From Octopus vulgaris (taxonomy: Eukaryota): 64,000 nucleotides of DNA. Of this stretch, positions 25,756-38,623 are shown in pieces; within the stretch, counting starts at the first letter, position 1, and the number at the start of each line of letters is the position of its first letter. Position numbers and translations under genes: made by a program. The notes under the pieces were generated by a model. That model was not told where the DNA came from and did no database searches. It saw only the letters and a program-made list of their open reading frames with translations. The stretch lies in NCBI GenBank assembly GCA_951406725.2, contig OX597825.1, positions 29,574,001 through 29,638,000 on the forward strand. The letters run 5' to 3'.

Positions 25756-26507
25756 TAGGTCTAAGCCAATTCTACTCCAGCATAAGTAAACCACGGTGAG
25801 ATTTGGGATTTGAACTCAGAATACAAAGAGGTACAACAAATACTGCAAGGAATCCCAGCCGAAGTTTTACAAGACCACCGACCCACTACACCGGATTGGA
25901 GTATTTTCATTGATGAGGAATATATGAAAGGTAAACTTGACCTTGGCTGGAATTGAACTAAGAATTGAACTGCAGAGAGCGAGAGAATAAACATTGAGAC
26001 ATTATCTCCAACTCTCTAATGACTGTGCCAATTTTCCCCAAAATATGTATGACCTATAATAACTTAACTGGATTTGAAGTGAAAAAGTTTTAGAGGTCCA
26101 AATATATATGCACAAAGCATGTGGCTTAGTTTTCCACCTTCTGCACAAAGTCTATAACTTCAGCCCTTCTAGACATGAATTATGCATGAAGCCGTTTCAT
26201 ATTATTGATGATGCAATGAGGCATGCTATGGATAATGGCATATAGATAGAAGTTAATTAGTTCAATTCCTTATGAACAAAGGTCATTATTGCCGAACATA
26301 TGTATGAGCATACATAAGTGCGTATGCATAAACGTTTATATGCGTACATATATGATATTATATATGCATACATATATGATACATATGTGATACATATATC
26401 TATATATATATTACTTGAGAAGGTCAGAGATTAAACTGAGGGGAAAGGATAATTTCTTTTTAAAGCATATAATAAATTTTGTTTTATATCTGCATGTGTA
26501 TGTATGT

Positions 26508-26552
<45 letters not shown>

Positions 26553-27209
26553 TATGTAGAAATATATATGTATATTTACATATATATATATGTATGTGCA
26601 TGTGTGTATTTGTATGTGTGTGTATATGTATATAAGTACCTCAAAGGTTATTAATTGCCTTTTCTAATTGCTATTATTTATCACAAAGTGAGAAAAAGAG
26701 AAAAGAGAAATAAAAGAATAAATTTTATCACAATATATATTATAATATTTATTGAAAGGTCATTGAGTTAATTTCAAGTTCAAATAATACTTTAAAGAGT
26801 TTGAACTATATTTCTGTATGTATGTCTTGTAGTTTTATCGATTGGTGTTCAATATGATATTGGTGATTTTGTGATATTATCTTTAAAAAAAATTGCTTTA
26901 AAAAGAATCACAAATTAAAAAACCAAACTCATAACTTATTCTCTGCTTATCTTGCCAAAAGATAAAATATTTCAAAGTTGGCTGATTTTGAAATTATTAT
27001 AATTGTGGTGGAATGCTTAATTATAAGGGCAGTTTGTTTCCATTTTATGCATCTGTATGGTTGTGTTTTTATCTTCTTTCAGCCACATATATGAATATAT
27101 AATTTTATCTGTATTACATATTGCATTTTTGAATATATACATGCATATGTGCACATATATAAGTATATATTTGTATACATGTATATGTGTGTGTGTATAT
27201 ATATATATA

Positions 27210-27247
<38 letters not shown>

Positions 27248-27519
27248 AAGGGGTTGGTATGATTGTGTATAAGGGGATATATATTATTGAAAGGAATTCC
27301 AACTCTGTCTGTTTTTTATGTTTTAATTATATACTTTATAATATTAATGTAGAATACAGAATATATAGTATAAATAGTATATATAGTAAAATAAAATGAA
27401 GTATTGATTGTATTATTGAATAGATGAAATATTGACTATCAAATATTAAGGGACTAGTATACTTTCTTGCATTAAAGCAGTCTTCAAGGTCCCAGGTTGT
27501 GACAGGAGTGTACCATGCT

Positions 27520-27704
27520 GTGCTTGTGCCACATGAAAAGCACTAAGTCCACTCTGCTGAGTGGTTGGTGTTAGGAAGGGCATCCAGCTGTAAAAATCCT
27601 GCCAAAACAGTCACAGAAGTCTGGTGCAGGCTTTTGCCTGGCCAGCTCTTGTGAAACTGCTACCCATGCTAGCATGGAAGGCAGACGTTAAATGATGGTG
27701 CTGA

Positions 27705-27708
<4 letters not shown>
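27520..27708 (+). mobile_element. Family D copy
   Basis: gagtggttggtgttaggaagggcatccagctgtaaaaatcctgcc..acccatgctagcatggaaggcagacgttaaatgatg. Confidence 0.85.
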
Positions 27709-27749
<41 letters not shown>

Positions 27750-28199
27750 TGTGTATATATGTACTTAAAACACTTACATGTGTGTGTATATTTATATATA
27801 AATATATATATGTAAAAATTTATATGTACAGGCATATGTATATATGTGTGTGTGCATATATGTATGAACATATATATTCATATATGTATGGATATGGATA
27901 TGTCCATTTCTCTCTCCCTTACTCTCTGTAAGTGTGTATGTTTATGCATGCATGCATGTATATATATATGTATATATATACATATTTTAAATGGTTAAAA
28001 TAGAACACAGAATGTAACTAGAAGCATTTATTAGCACAACAATTGTTTTCGCTTCATTCTGCACTACTCCTTAGTGGGTGTGGTATGATGTAATGACATC
28101 AGATACAACGCATAGTGCAAAAGATCCACATCAGATGATGTAAGATGCTTCAAAAGTTACCAGATTCACATTCCATTTGCACTTCGAATTATATGCTGA

Positions 28200-28672
28200 T
28201 GGTTCAGCAAGAGAGACCAATAGAATAAGTACTAGGCTTACAAACAATAAGTCCTGAGGTCGATTAGCTTGACTAAAGTCAGGGCTCCAGCATGGCCACA
28301 GTCAAATGATTGAAACAAATAAAACAATAAAAGAATAAAAAAATATATATACTACCTTGAAAAATTTTTAGTCGAATCAGTCCATATATTTATTTATTCT
28401 TTGAAAAATTGGTACTTATTCTATCAGTCTCTTTTGCCAAAGAGCTAAGTTACAGGGACATAAACATGCCAACACTGATTGTGAAGCAGTGGGATGGAGT
28501 ACAACCAGAGGCACAAATTCTCACACACACATATACACACACAAATATACACACTGATATAAACACATGTATATATGAATATATATGATGGCTTCTTTCA
28601 GTTTCCATCAACCAAATCCACTCATGAGGCTTTGGTCAGCCTAAGGCCATAGTAGAAGACACTTGTCCAAGA
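28200..28672. mobile_element. Two family-A fragments in opposite orientation (+ 28200-28340; - 28410-28672)
   Basis: agagaccaatagaataagtactaggcttaca on +; gtacttattctatcagtctcttttgcc..ctttcagtttccatcaaccaaatccactca from the - copy. Confidence 0.8.
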
Positions 28673-29281
28673 TAATCATTCTGACTCATCCTGCAACTGT
28701 CCGTTATGGGTAGGATTTTGGGCATCTAATTGTGTGGCGATGTCCTGCTAAATAAACTGAGATATCCTACATGAGCAACATGCCTAGGTCATCTCAATAT
28801 ATTTAGTGTGGCATCCTCTTCTTTCTGCATGTTCTTGATATTAACATGCATGTGAATGTGCTTAATTCAACACACTAACTGACATATGCCCATTTGTCCA
28901 AAAAATTACATGTATATATATATATATATATATCATACTACATTATATACATATATATATCGATATGGACGTGTGAAAGTGAAAGTAGAAGGGGGAGAGG
29001 GAGAGAGAGATTTCTGTTAATTGGCAGGATTAGAAGCTTTACATGTGATCTCAAATTGTTTGTACAGTTTAGGCGAATCAGATTGATATTAAAAGTGTCA
29101 AAAATAAAAGGAGTTTCAGTCACAAAAGGAAAACATCAATATAAAGTTATACCAACCAGCAGAAGTGAGAAGAGCAAAATCTTTGTCATAATATGTTTAA
29201 TATTGTGAAATTTCATTTCTAACCTTTGCATAATAAAAGAATTTCTAATATGAATTATTGATTTTTCTCCTAATGCAAAAC

Positions 29282-29412
29282 GTATACATACATATGTTTA
29301 TATATATGTATATGTGTGTGCATATATATATATATACACACACATACATATATATATGTATGTGTGTATATATATATATGTAAGTATGTGTATGCATATA
29401 TATATATGTGTG

Positions 29413-29471
<59 letters not shown>

Positions 29472-29549
29472 GTAAATATATATGTATATTTTATATACAG
29501 ACATATCTATCTATCTTTCTATCTAGCCATCTGTATATACATGTGCGTG

Positions 29550-29607
<58 letters not shown>

Positions 29608-29650
29608 CATATGCATACATGCATGCACACACACACACGTGCGCACACAC
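29282..29650. repeat. Compound (TA)n/(TG)n microsatellite
   Basis: Direct inspection. Confidence 0.9.
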
Positions 29651-30485
29651 ATATGTTTATGTACAGCATGATAGATGGCACAAATAATCTATGATCCAAA
29701 TTAATTTATAAATTCGAGTAAGAAATTTCACGTTTCATTTTTATTTATTTTGAGGAAAAATGATTTTTAATATTCTCAATCTCAAATCTCATTAACATTG
29801 GAATAAATTGCTATTGTAGCTTTTTTTTTTTTTTTTTTTGGCTGGTGAATTGTAATTCAAGAAATCAATATACAGTTGTAAATATCTACAGAATGCCATA
29901 TGTAAAATATGTTGGTACAGTTTGTGTTGCTTTTTTGTGTGTGTATATGTCTGTGTGTGTCTGTGTGGGGGTGTAGGTTACGATTAGTATGACATATACT
30001 GGTATGAGTAGTAAAATATAATTTCACTGACAAGTACTGAAATACTTTTGGAAGAAATTTCATCTATAATTTATGCAGTAATTTCTATGCAAAGTCCATA
30101 CTGAATATGGTTCTCATGCAATTCTAAAGTTAATATGGTATGTAATTGGTGCAGAGCTTTAATAAACCGAATGATTCTTTGAAATAAATAACATGCAGCT
30201 ACCTAGCACTGTGAATTTTTTATTCATATTCGTGTCTTAGTTTATATAGTGTAGTTATTGGGATGTTGGATGGTGATGATGCTACGCTGTGTTGTGCCCA
30301 TGTAGTATTATAATATTATGAAGTGGTACTTCAGTCATATTGTGCGGTGCTGACATCATATTCTGTAATTTGGTTGGTGATGTGTGCAGTGGTTGGCATG
30401 TTTTGCAGTTGCTGATTTCAATGCTTAAAAATCTATTCTGTAGCTAAAACTGTTACACCAGAATTTCAGTTTTACTAGATATATA

Positions 30486-30890
30486 GGCACAGGAGTGGCT
30501 GTGTGGTAAGTAGCTTGCTTACCAACCACATAGTTCTGGGTTCATTCCCGCTGCATGGCACCTTGGGCAAGTGTCTTCTACTACAGCCTCAGGCTGACCA
30601 AAGCCTTGTGAGTGGATTTGGTAGACAGAAACTGAAAGAAGCTTGTCGTATATATATATATGTATGTGTGTGTATATGTTTGTATGTCTGTGCTTGTCCT
30701 CTAACAATGCTTGATGACCAATGGTGGTGTGTTTACGTTCCTGTAACTTAGCAATTCAGCAAAAGAACCCGATAGAAAAAATACTAGGCTTACAAAGAAT
30801 AAGTCCTGGGGTTGATTTGCTCGACTAAGGTGGTGCTCCAGCATGGCCGCAGTCAAATAACTGAAACAAGTAAAAGAGAAAAAGAGAGAA
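30486..30890 (+). mobile_element. SINE family A, full length
   Basis: A-box TGGCTGTGTGG, B-box GGTTCATTCCC, CORE-like caccttgggcaagtgtc, internal (TA)(TG) tract, tail ctgaaacaagtaaaagag. Confidence 0.9.
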
Positions 30891-32579
30891 TGTGTGTGTG
30901 TGTGTGCATTTAGGCATGTATATAGTTTTCTGTTTTAATACATGCAAACACACATACATATATGCATATTCGTATATATACATATATAACACACCTACAT
31001 AAATGACTCATTCTATGTCCACATGTGTGTGTTTGTGTGTGTGTGTGTGTGTGTGCATGTATGCATGCATGTGTTTGTGTGATTACACAGATATAAGTAT
31101 GTATAAATTTTAAATGCATACATATAATGTCACACACGGAAATGTATATAATATATATGCATATTTATGTCCTGATGGAAACATTTGTACGTATGTGTAT
31201 ATATTTTGATATTATTATTATAACATGACCAATCTCTACTCAGTATTATCACATACTACATAATGCACTCGCATACTCACAAACACATACACCCACACAC
31301 ACGCACATACACACACACATACTCATACGCTTTCATATACACATGTATAAACATACAGTAGCAGTTATACTTCTTTAGAAATGCATATAATATCTTAGGT
31401 TTTGTATAAACTATCAATATAGTTATTTATTTGTTATCTTTCTGTTATTATATTATATTTCCCAAGAAAGATTTGTCTTTTGGTTGATGTGATAGCTTAA
31501 AATATAGATTACACTCTCTGTATAACAGATAGCTTATGTAAAAGAAGAAATGACAAAAAGAAAATGAAAAATACAATTTCATTCAACTAAGATAGATTCC
31601 ATATTACATATATTGAAATGGAGTTTGAATTTAGTTTATATTACAGAAAATTCAGTTTTTGTTTTGTTTTATTCATATATGTATATCTTTAATGTTTAAA
31701 GCATTGATCAAGCAATCCATCATTTTGAGGAATTAAGTACTCTTTTTAGCTCTTTTAGATTAATTCCTATTCATTTTCCCATAGGAAGATAAAAATAAAA
31801 AATAAAAATTAAGTAAGTCTAAACAGATAGTTGGTAAGTTTATTAACTTGGAGAATGTTGACGGAAGATTTATCCAAAAGAGGTTTTATTTTATTATTTA
31901 TTTATACTTGAACCTTGTATCTTATTTCCTCATTCATGTTATTTTTTCAAATTTTTGATTATTTTTTGTTTTGTTCTTTTATTTCTATGAAATTTCTTCG
32001 ACAGTTAATGAGTGATACATTGACATGATGTATTGATGTGATTCATTGATGTGTGTACCATCTAGGTATCATCTATATTGATCATATATTATTGGTTGTT
32101 TCCAGTTTCACAGCTACACTACTACAGCATTGTTGTTATCAACATACGTTAACAACAACAACAATAGTATTTCTATAGCAGCAACGCTATCAACATTGTT
32201 CGCACATCCTTAGCAACATAGCTACCTTCACAGAATATCCAGAATGCCTAGAATGTCCTTTAAGCAACATCAGATCCATTGTCATTTACGTTATCAACAA
32301 CAACAATATTGTGATCCTTAAATCCAACATGAACACAATGACAGGGCTTAACACAACGGAGTCGATATGAAACCCTAAAGTTTAGAAATAGAAAATTGAA
32401 AAGTTATATTATGTAAGGAAACAAGGTCAGGAAATGCAGAAAATGAATGGTATGGAATGGAAAGGGGGGTCAATTAAAATTCTGATCAAACCTAGGAAAC
32501 CAGTTCTTCAGTGGTTTGCCATGATTGATGTTATGTGTAGGTCACAAGACCTAACAGAAATATCACCAGTTAGATACAA

Positions 32580-32735
32580 ATATGGCTGTGAGGTTAAGAA
32601 ACTTCCTTCTTAATCATTTGGTTGCAGGTTCAGTCTCAATGCATTGCACCTTGGCCTAGTGTCTTATATAACACTGGGGTGACCAAATCCTTGTGAGAGG
32701 ATTTTGGTGATGGAAAATAAAGGGACTCCATCATG
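32580..32735 (+). mobile_element. SINE family A 5' part, degraded
   Basis: tggctgtgaggttaagaaact..ggttcagtctc..gcaccttggcctagtgtctt..gaccaaatccttgtgagaggatttt. Confidence 0.7.
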
Positions 32736-32759
32736 TGTATATACACACACTAGTATATA

Positions 32760-32810
<51 letters not shown>

Positions 32811-32879
32811 ATGTTTATATAGATATATTTTTATGTGTGTATTTATATATGTATATATCTATATCTATATATGTGTGTT

Positions 32880-32947
<68 letters not shown>

Positions 32948-34059
32948 CATATATGTGTACTTGTGTGTGTGAGCTGGTTTTACCTTTTTGAGTGAAAATG
33001 AATTTCATACAGCTGCTGTAAATGAGTCTCATCGTCATACAAGTGGTGTCCTTCAGTTTTATTCTTCCATAAATATATGTCCAGCCAAGCGGCAATATCA
33101 ACTTACTTGGAAACAGGTATCAAACAGAAAAAAGGGGCATCTAGCAATAGAGAAAATAAAAATGCAAATATTAAAAGGAAAACAACGAAAATGATGATGA
33201 CAACATAAGGTGAGATTTGAACTCAGATTATGCACAGGACCAGATCAGGTACCATAAAGCATCTCACATGCCCCTCTAACAGCTCCACCAGTCCACTATC
33301 CTGTAGTCATGCTTTATTTGATGACCCCAGTGACATGAATGCCAATGTTGATTTTAGTGTAATTTGAACACAGAATGTGTAGATGCTCCAATAACTCTGT
33401 CAGCTTATTGCATGATAACTGGAATTAAATCCCGTTCTGGGAATAAGTTTCCTGCTATGGTTTCTGCAAGGCTTCGAAAGCATTACAGTGGAAGCTACAG
33501 AAGATAAAAAACATGGAATTTAATCAACAAAGCAAGAACAGAGTTCAACCTGAACTGGCATAAAAAAGTTTATAACATAATTGTTTTAGGTTCAGTTCAA
33601 TTCAGTGGTACCTTAGGCAAGTGTCTCTGCTATAGCTTCAGGCTGACCAATGCTTTGCGAGTGGATGTGGATGTGATAGACAGAAACTGAAACATGTTCA
33701 ACACACGTACACACACACATGCATGCACACACACGCACAGATAGATAAATAGATAGATAAATAGAGAGCTAGATAGATAGATAGACAAGCACATACACAT
33801 ATATATCTTTATAAATACATATATATATATTTACATATGTACACATGCATACACACACATATATACATACACATATATCATTTCATGTCTGTAAGTATGC
33901 ATGCATGTATGTGTGTGTATGTATGTATGTATATATATTCATGCGTGTGTATATATGTATGTGTACATATATATATGTATGCATGCATGCATGCATGTGT
34001 GTGTGTATGTATGTGTGTGGGTATGTATGAATGTATGTATGTGAGTATGTGAATGCATG

Positions 34060-34371
34060 TGTACATGTGTGTTGACACTATGCAGCAGTTGTAAACAGGG
34101 ATCATCAACACAGATGCAATGTTCTTCATTCTCAACCTTTTATGAAAACATGTTTGGCCATGGATAGACACGACCTTGTCTATATAAAAGAGACTGGGGT
34201 GGGTGACAGGAAGGGCATCCGGTTGTGGAAAATCCGCCTCAGTTAATTCCATCCGACTCATGCAAGCATTGAAAAGTAGACATAAAAATATCGATGATGA
34301 TGACAATGATGATGATAATGATGATGGACATGATAATGATGATGGTGATGATGATGGTGATGATGATGAAC

Positions 34372-34426
<55 letters not shown>

Positions 34427-34460
34427 TGATGATGATGATGATGATGACGATGACAACAGC
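34060..34460 (+). mobile_element. D-related element with an expanded (GAT)n tail
   Basis: gggtgacaggaagggcatccggttgtggaaaatccgcctcag..catgcaagcattgaaaagtagacataaaaatatcgatgatg. Confidence 0.75.
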
Positions 34461-34998
34461 AGTAAGATCACCAGTACCACTGCTGCTGATGTTGCCAACA
34501 CAGACGATGCCGGGTGATGTAAATCAAATAGCACTTTGGGAATAAATTTCCTACCATAGTTCTTTCATTATTTACTAAGAACTACAGCGGAAGCTACCAA
34601 AGATAAAACATGGAATCTAATCAGCAAGCCAAGTACAAAGTTCAACTTTAAAATGGTTACCATTACAGAGAAAAGAGTTTAAATAGAAGATAAATTTACA
34701 TATAACTGTCCTGTGGGATCGTGATGTTGTAGATAAGACTGTTGATGAGAGTGAAAATAAGATTTGTGAGTTAAATTCCCAGCTGAGAACAGATACATAA
34801 ATATGGCACATGAGGACAAAGATCAAACTGTTCAGAATTTTGTGTTTTTATAAAACATAAGAAGTTTTGATAAAAAGGTAAAAATTTCAATGGTAATATT
34901 CTGAGTTTAATTCAATTGATTGTTCCTTCAACAAATTTGTGGCCTTGGGCCAGCGTTAGAAATTACAATACTTGCGAACAGTTTATTAACTCTGACAC

Positions 34999-35098
34999 AA
35001 TGAGGAAATGTAAAGTTGATCTTTTGTTAGTTTCAAACAAATTTAAATAATGTAAACAAATTAAAATGTAGTGAAGATCAACTTCGCATTTCATCATT
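34999..35098. repeat. 25-bp imperfect inverted repeat with a 50-nt spacer
   Basis: aatgaggaaatgtaaagttgatctt (34999-35023) against aagatcaacttcgcatttcatcatt (35074-35098), 22/25 complementary. Confidence 0.8.
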
Positions 35099-35228
35099 AG
35101 GAGAATTGTAGCAAGGGAAGAACATCGAACTTTAAATTGTTCTGAATATAGAATGAAAATTCTGAGGAATATGCCAGCTTTGCTTTCCTGGTAGTGAGTT
35201 CCAAATCATAATTACTATTAATATACAC

Positions 35229-35486
35229 GTGGAGGCATGTGGCTTAGTGGTTAGGGTGTCAGCATCATGATCGTAAGATTGTGGTTTCGATTCCTGGACC
35301 GGGCGACATGTGTTTTTGAGCAAAACACTTCATTTCACATTGCTCCAGTCCACTCAGCTGGCAAAAATGAGTAACGCTGCGATGGACTGGTGTCCCGTCT
35401 AGCTGGGGAACACATATGCCATTGAAACCGAGAAAGCGGGCCCATGAGCCTGGCTAGGTTTTAAAAGGGTGTATTTATATTATTTT
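35229..35486 (+). mobile_element. SINE family B1, full length, 13-bp TSD
   Basis: A-box TGGCTTAGTGG, B-box GGTTTCGATTCC, CORE-like ttgagcaaaacacttcatttcac..aaatgagta, V-like ctgcgatggactgg; TSD tattaatatacac at 35216-35228 and 35487-35499. Confidence 0.92.
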
Positions 35487-35579
35487 TATTAATATACACA
35501 CACACAGCACACAGTTACTACAGTAATAACAGGGTCTTATATATATATTATGGTATGCTTATATATATATATTATGGTG

Positions 35580-36195
35580 TATAAAATAGATGAACATCAA
35601 TGGAATTTGTATCTTTGTGGTACCAGTGCCGGTGGCACACAAGGAAATCATCCGAACGTGGCCGTAGCCAGTACCGCATAGACTGGCCTCCGTGCTTTGG
35701 GGACGTAACAAACACCATCCGATCGTGGCCGTCCGCCAGCCTCATCTGGCACCTGTGTCGGTGGCACATAAAAACACCATCCGAGCGTGGCCGTCTGCCA
35801 GCCTCGTCTGCCAGCCTCGTCTGCCAGCCTCGTCTGCCAGCCTCGTCTGCCAGCCTCGTCTGCCAGCCTCGTCTGGCACCTGTGTCGGTGGCACATAAAA
35901 ACACCATCCGAGCGTGGCCGTTCGCCAGCCTCGTCTGGCACCTGTGTCGGTGGCACATAAAAACACCATCCGAGCGTGGCCGTTCGCCAGCCTCGTCTGG
36001 CACCTGTGTCGGTGGCACATAAAATCACCCACTACACTCTCGGAGTGGTTGGCGTTAGGAAGGGCATCCAGCTGTAGAAACACTGCCAGATCTGACTGGC
36101 CTGGTGCAGCCTTCGGGCTCCCCAGACCCCAGTTGAACCGTCCAACCCATGCTAGCATGGAAAACGGACGCTAAATGATGATGATGATGATGATG
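35580..36195 (+). mobile_element. Young family D element with internal 62-bp and 13-bp tandem arrays
   Basis: 62-bp units start at 35747, 35874, 35936 and 35998; six copies of gtctgccagcctc at 35793-35870; D 3' end and (GAT)n tail; CpG-rich. Confidence 0.9.
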
Positions 36196-36599
36196 ATATA
36201 TATATATATATTTATATTATGGCATTCAAACCTTGCCATCATCTTCCTTTACTCAACCATCCTATTTATACTCTGTGTATTTTGTGAGTATGCCCAGCAG
36301 TTTGCCCCCATCTCTATCCTGCCGTTTCCCATTCTCTCACTCCTTCTCCTGCACTTCTTTTAGGTTAGTTAACTATGTATTTCCTTTGTGGTAGCACACC
36401 TGCTTCAGTCTTCATTCCTGCTCTCTCTCTCCCGCCTCTGGCCAGGTAACCTTGTACATCCTCTACAGCAAGACACCTGATTCTGTCTCTCAGTCTCACT
36501 ATAACCTTTCATCCTCTGACACAAGATCACCTCTTTCAATGCCCCCCACCCACCCATCTTGAAACTTGTTTTTTTATTGTCTTGCAAGTACTTGGTGAC

Positions 36600-37030
36600 C
36601 CTGAAGTAAAGGTGACACTTAAAAGTATCCAGTCCACACAGTAAAGTGGTTGGTGTTTAGAAGGGCATCTGGCTGCAAAAATCCTGCCGAAACAGTCCCA
36701 AAAGTCTGGTGCAGGCTTCTACCTGGCTGGCTCTTGTGAAACCATTAGTGGTTAATGTGTTGCACTCACGATTATGAGATCATGGGTTCAATACCCAGAC
36801 CGGGTGTTGCATTGTGTTCTTGAGCAAAGCAACTCATTTCACATTGCTCTGCGATCATATCGACAACTGACATGTGGCACCCAGTTGCACCTGTACAGGT
36901 AATGTCGATTTGGAGGGAGTGAGCTTATGTCTTCACAAACATTTGACCACCATAAACAAATTACCTGTCTGGTTGTTCGACAAGAAATTGCTGAACCCAC
37001 ATATGTCATCTAATGATGGGAGAGTCCATT
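36600..37030 (+). mobile_element. Truncated family D fragment abutting a family B3 SINE (36745-37030)
   Basis: agtggttggtgtttagaagggcatctggctgc..ctcttgtgaaacc, then ttagtggttaatgtgttgcactcacg..gggttcaataccc..ttcttgagcaaagc; (TAT)n tail. Confidence 0.8.
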
Positions 37031-37034
37031 ATTA

Positions 37035-37147
<113 letters not shown>

Positions 37148-37209
37148 TTGCTAGCTTGCTAGATAGGTAAATATAGATATGCATATGTGTACATGCCACT
37201 TTTGTTGAC

Positions 37210-37487
37210 TGATGATGACAACAATGATGATGACATCAACGAGGATGACGATGATGATGACAATAACAATGACGACGATGATGATGACAACGACGACAAT
37301 GACTATGATAATGACAACAACAACGATGATGATGATGACAGCAACGACGATGACGATGATGATGACAACAATGACGATGATGATGATGAAAATGATGATG
37401 AAGATGATGATGATGATGAAAATGACGATGACGATGATGATGACAACAACGACGATGATGAAGATGATAACAGTGATGAGGATGACA
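37210..37487. repeat. (GAT/GAC/AAC)n cryptic trinucleotide repeat
   Basis: Direct inspection. Confidence 0.9.
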
Positions 37488-37858
37488 TAGGAACCATAAT
37501 TATTAGTGAAAATAGAAAGTAAATGAGCTAAAAGATGGTTGTTTTGGTTAAACACTAATAATTCATATACAAATAGTTAAGTAAACATGTAATAAATTTT
37601 GTATTTTCCTCATTTCTTCTTGGATTATTATTAATTTTTGTATTTAGAAATACATGCGATTATTATCAATATCCAAAAATATAGAGTCTGGAATAATTTG
37701 GAAATATATTACTCACAATACAAATTACTTTTCTCATCGTATTCTTGCACCGAGGGCAAAATCATATTTTATTTTATTTTATTTTATTTTGTATTTCTTG
37801 TTTGCTTGTAAGATACATATACATGAATATGCAGATATCATCATCATCATCGTCATCG

Positions 37859-37901
<43 letters not shown>

Positions 37902-38012
37902 TATTTTAGCCTTCTCTTTTCCATGCTTGCACAGGCTGAATGGAATTTATCAAGACAGGTTTTCGCAACCCAAATGCCTTTTCTCTCATTTAACCCTTCT
38001 CGTTTCCAAACA

Positions 38013-38229
38013 TACTCTTTTATTCTTTTACCTGTTTCAGTCATTTGACTGTGGCCATGCTGGAGTACCAGCCTTTCGTCGAGCAAATCGACCCCAGGAC
38101 ATATTCTTTGTAAGCCCAGTACTTATTCTATTGGCCTCTTTTTGCCGAACTGTTAAGTTACGGGGACGTAAACACATCAGTATTGGTTGTCAAGCGATGG
38201 TGGAAAGTGGGACAAACACAGACACACAA

Positions 38230-38288
<59 letters not shown>

Positions 38289-38421
38289 TATATACAATGT
38301 GCTTCTTTTACTTTCTATCTACCAAATCCTCTCACAAGGATTTGGTTGGTCCAAGGCAATAGTAGAAGACACTTGCCCAAGGTACCATGCAGTGGGACTG
38401 AACCCAGAACCATGTGGTTGG
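38013..38421 (-). mobile_element. SINE family A, 5'-truncated, nested in a D-related element (about 37838-38600, minus strand)
   Basis: tgtttcagtcatttgactgtggccatgctggag..agaagacacttgcccaaggtaccatgcagtgggactgaacccagaaccatgtggttgg; (CAT)n tail of the host at 37838-37900. Confidence 0.85.
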
Positions 38422-38581
38422 TCAGCTGCTGATTCCCTATTGCTGGACATGTTTACACAGAAGATTGGGATAAAATACACAGCTTGTATGAAGTTTACAT
38501 GTACTCATAAAGATCATGTGCTGTCAGGACAAAGTGACAATAACACAAGTACACTCTCACACACACTCACACACATACGCA

Positions 38582-38623
<42 letters not shown>

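Noticed and set aside
26290-26400. Short palindromes in a TATG/CATA-rich stretch
   Set aside because: Alternating purine-pyrimidine low complexity produces these trivially.
35747-36027. CRISPR-like regular repeats
   Set aside because: Head-to-tail near-identical units without unique spacers, inside a eukaryotic retroposon; no cas genes.
37187-37522. 111-aa poly-Asp/Asn ORF
   Set aside because: Entirely a cryptic trinucleotide repeat with no supporting gene structure.
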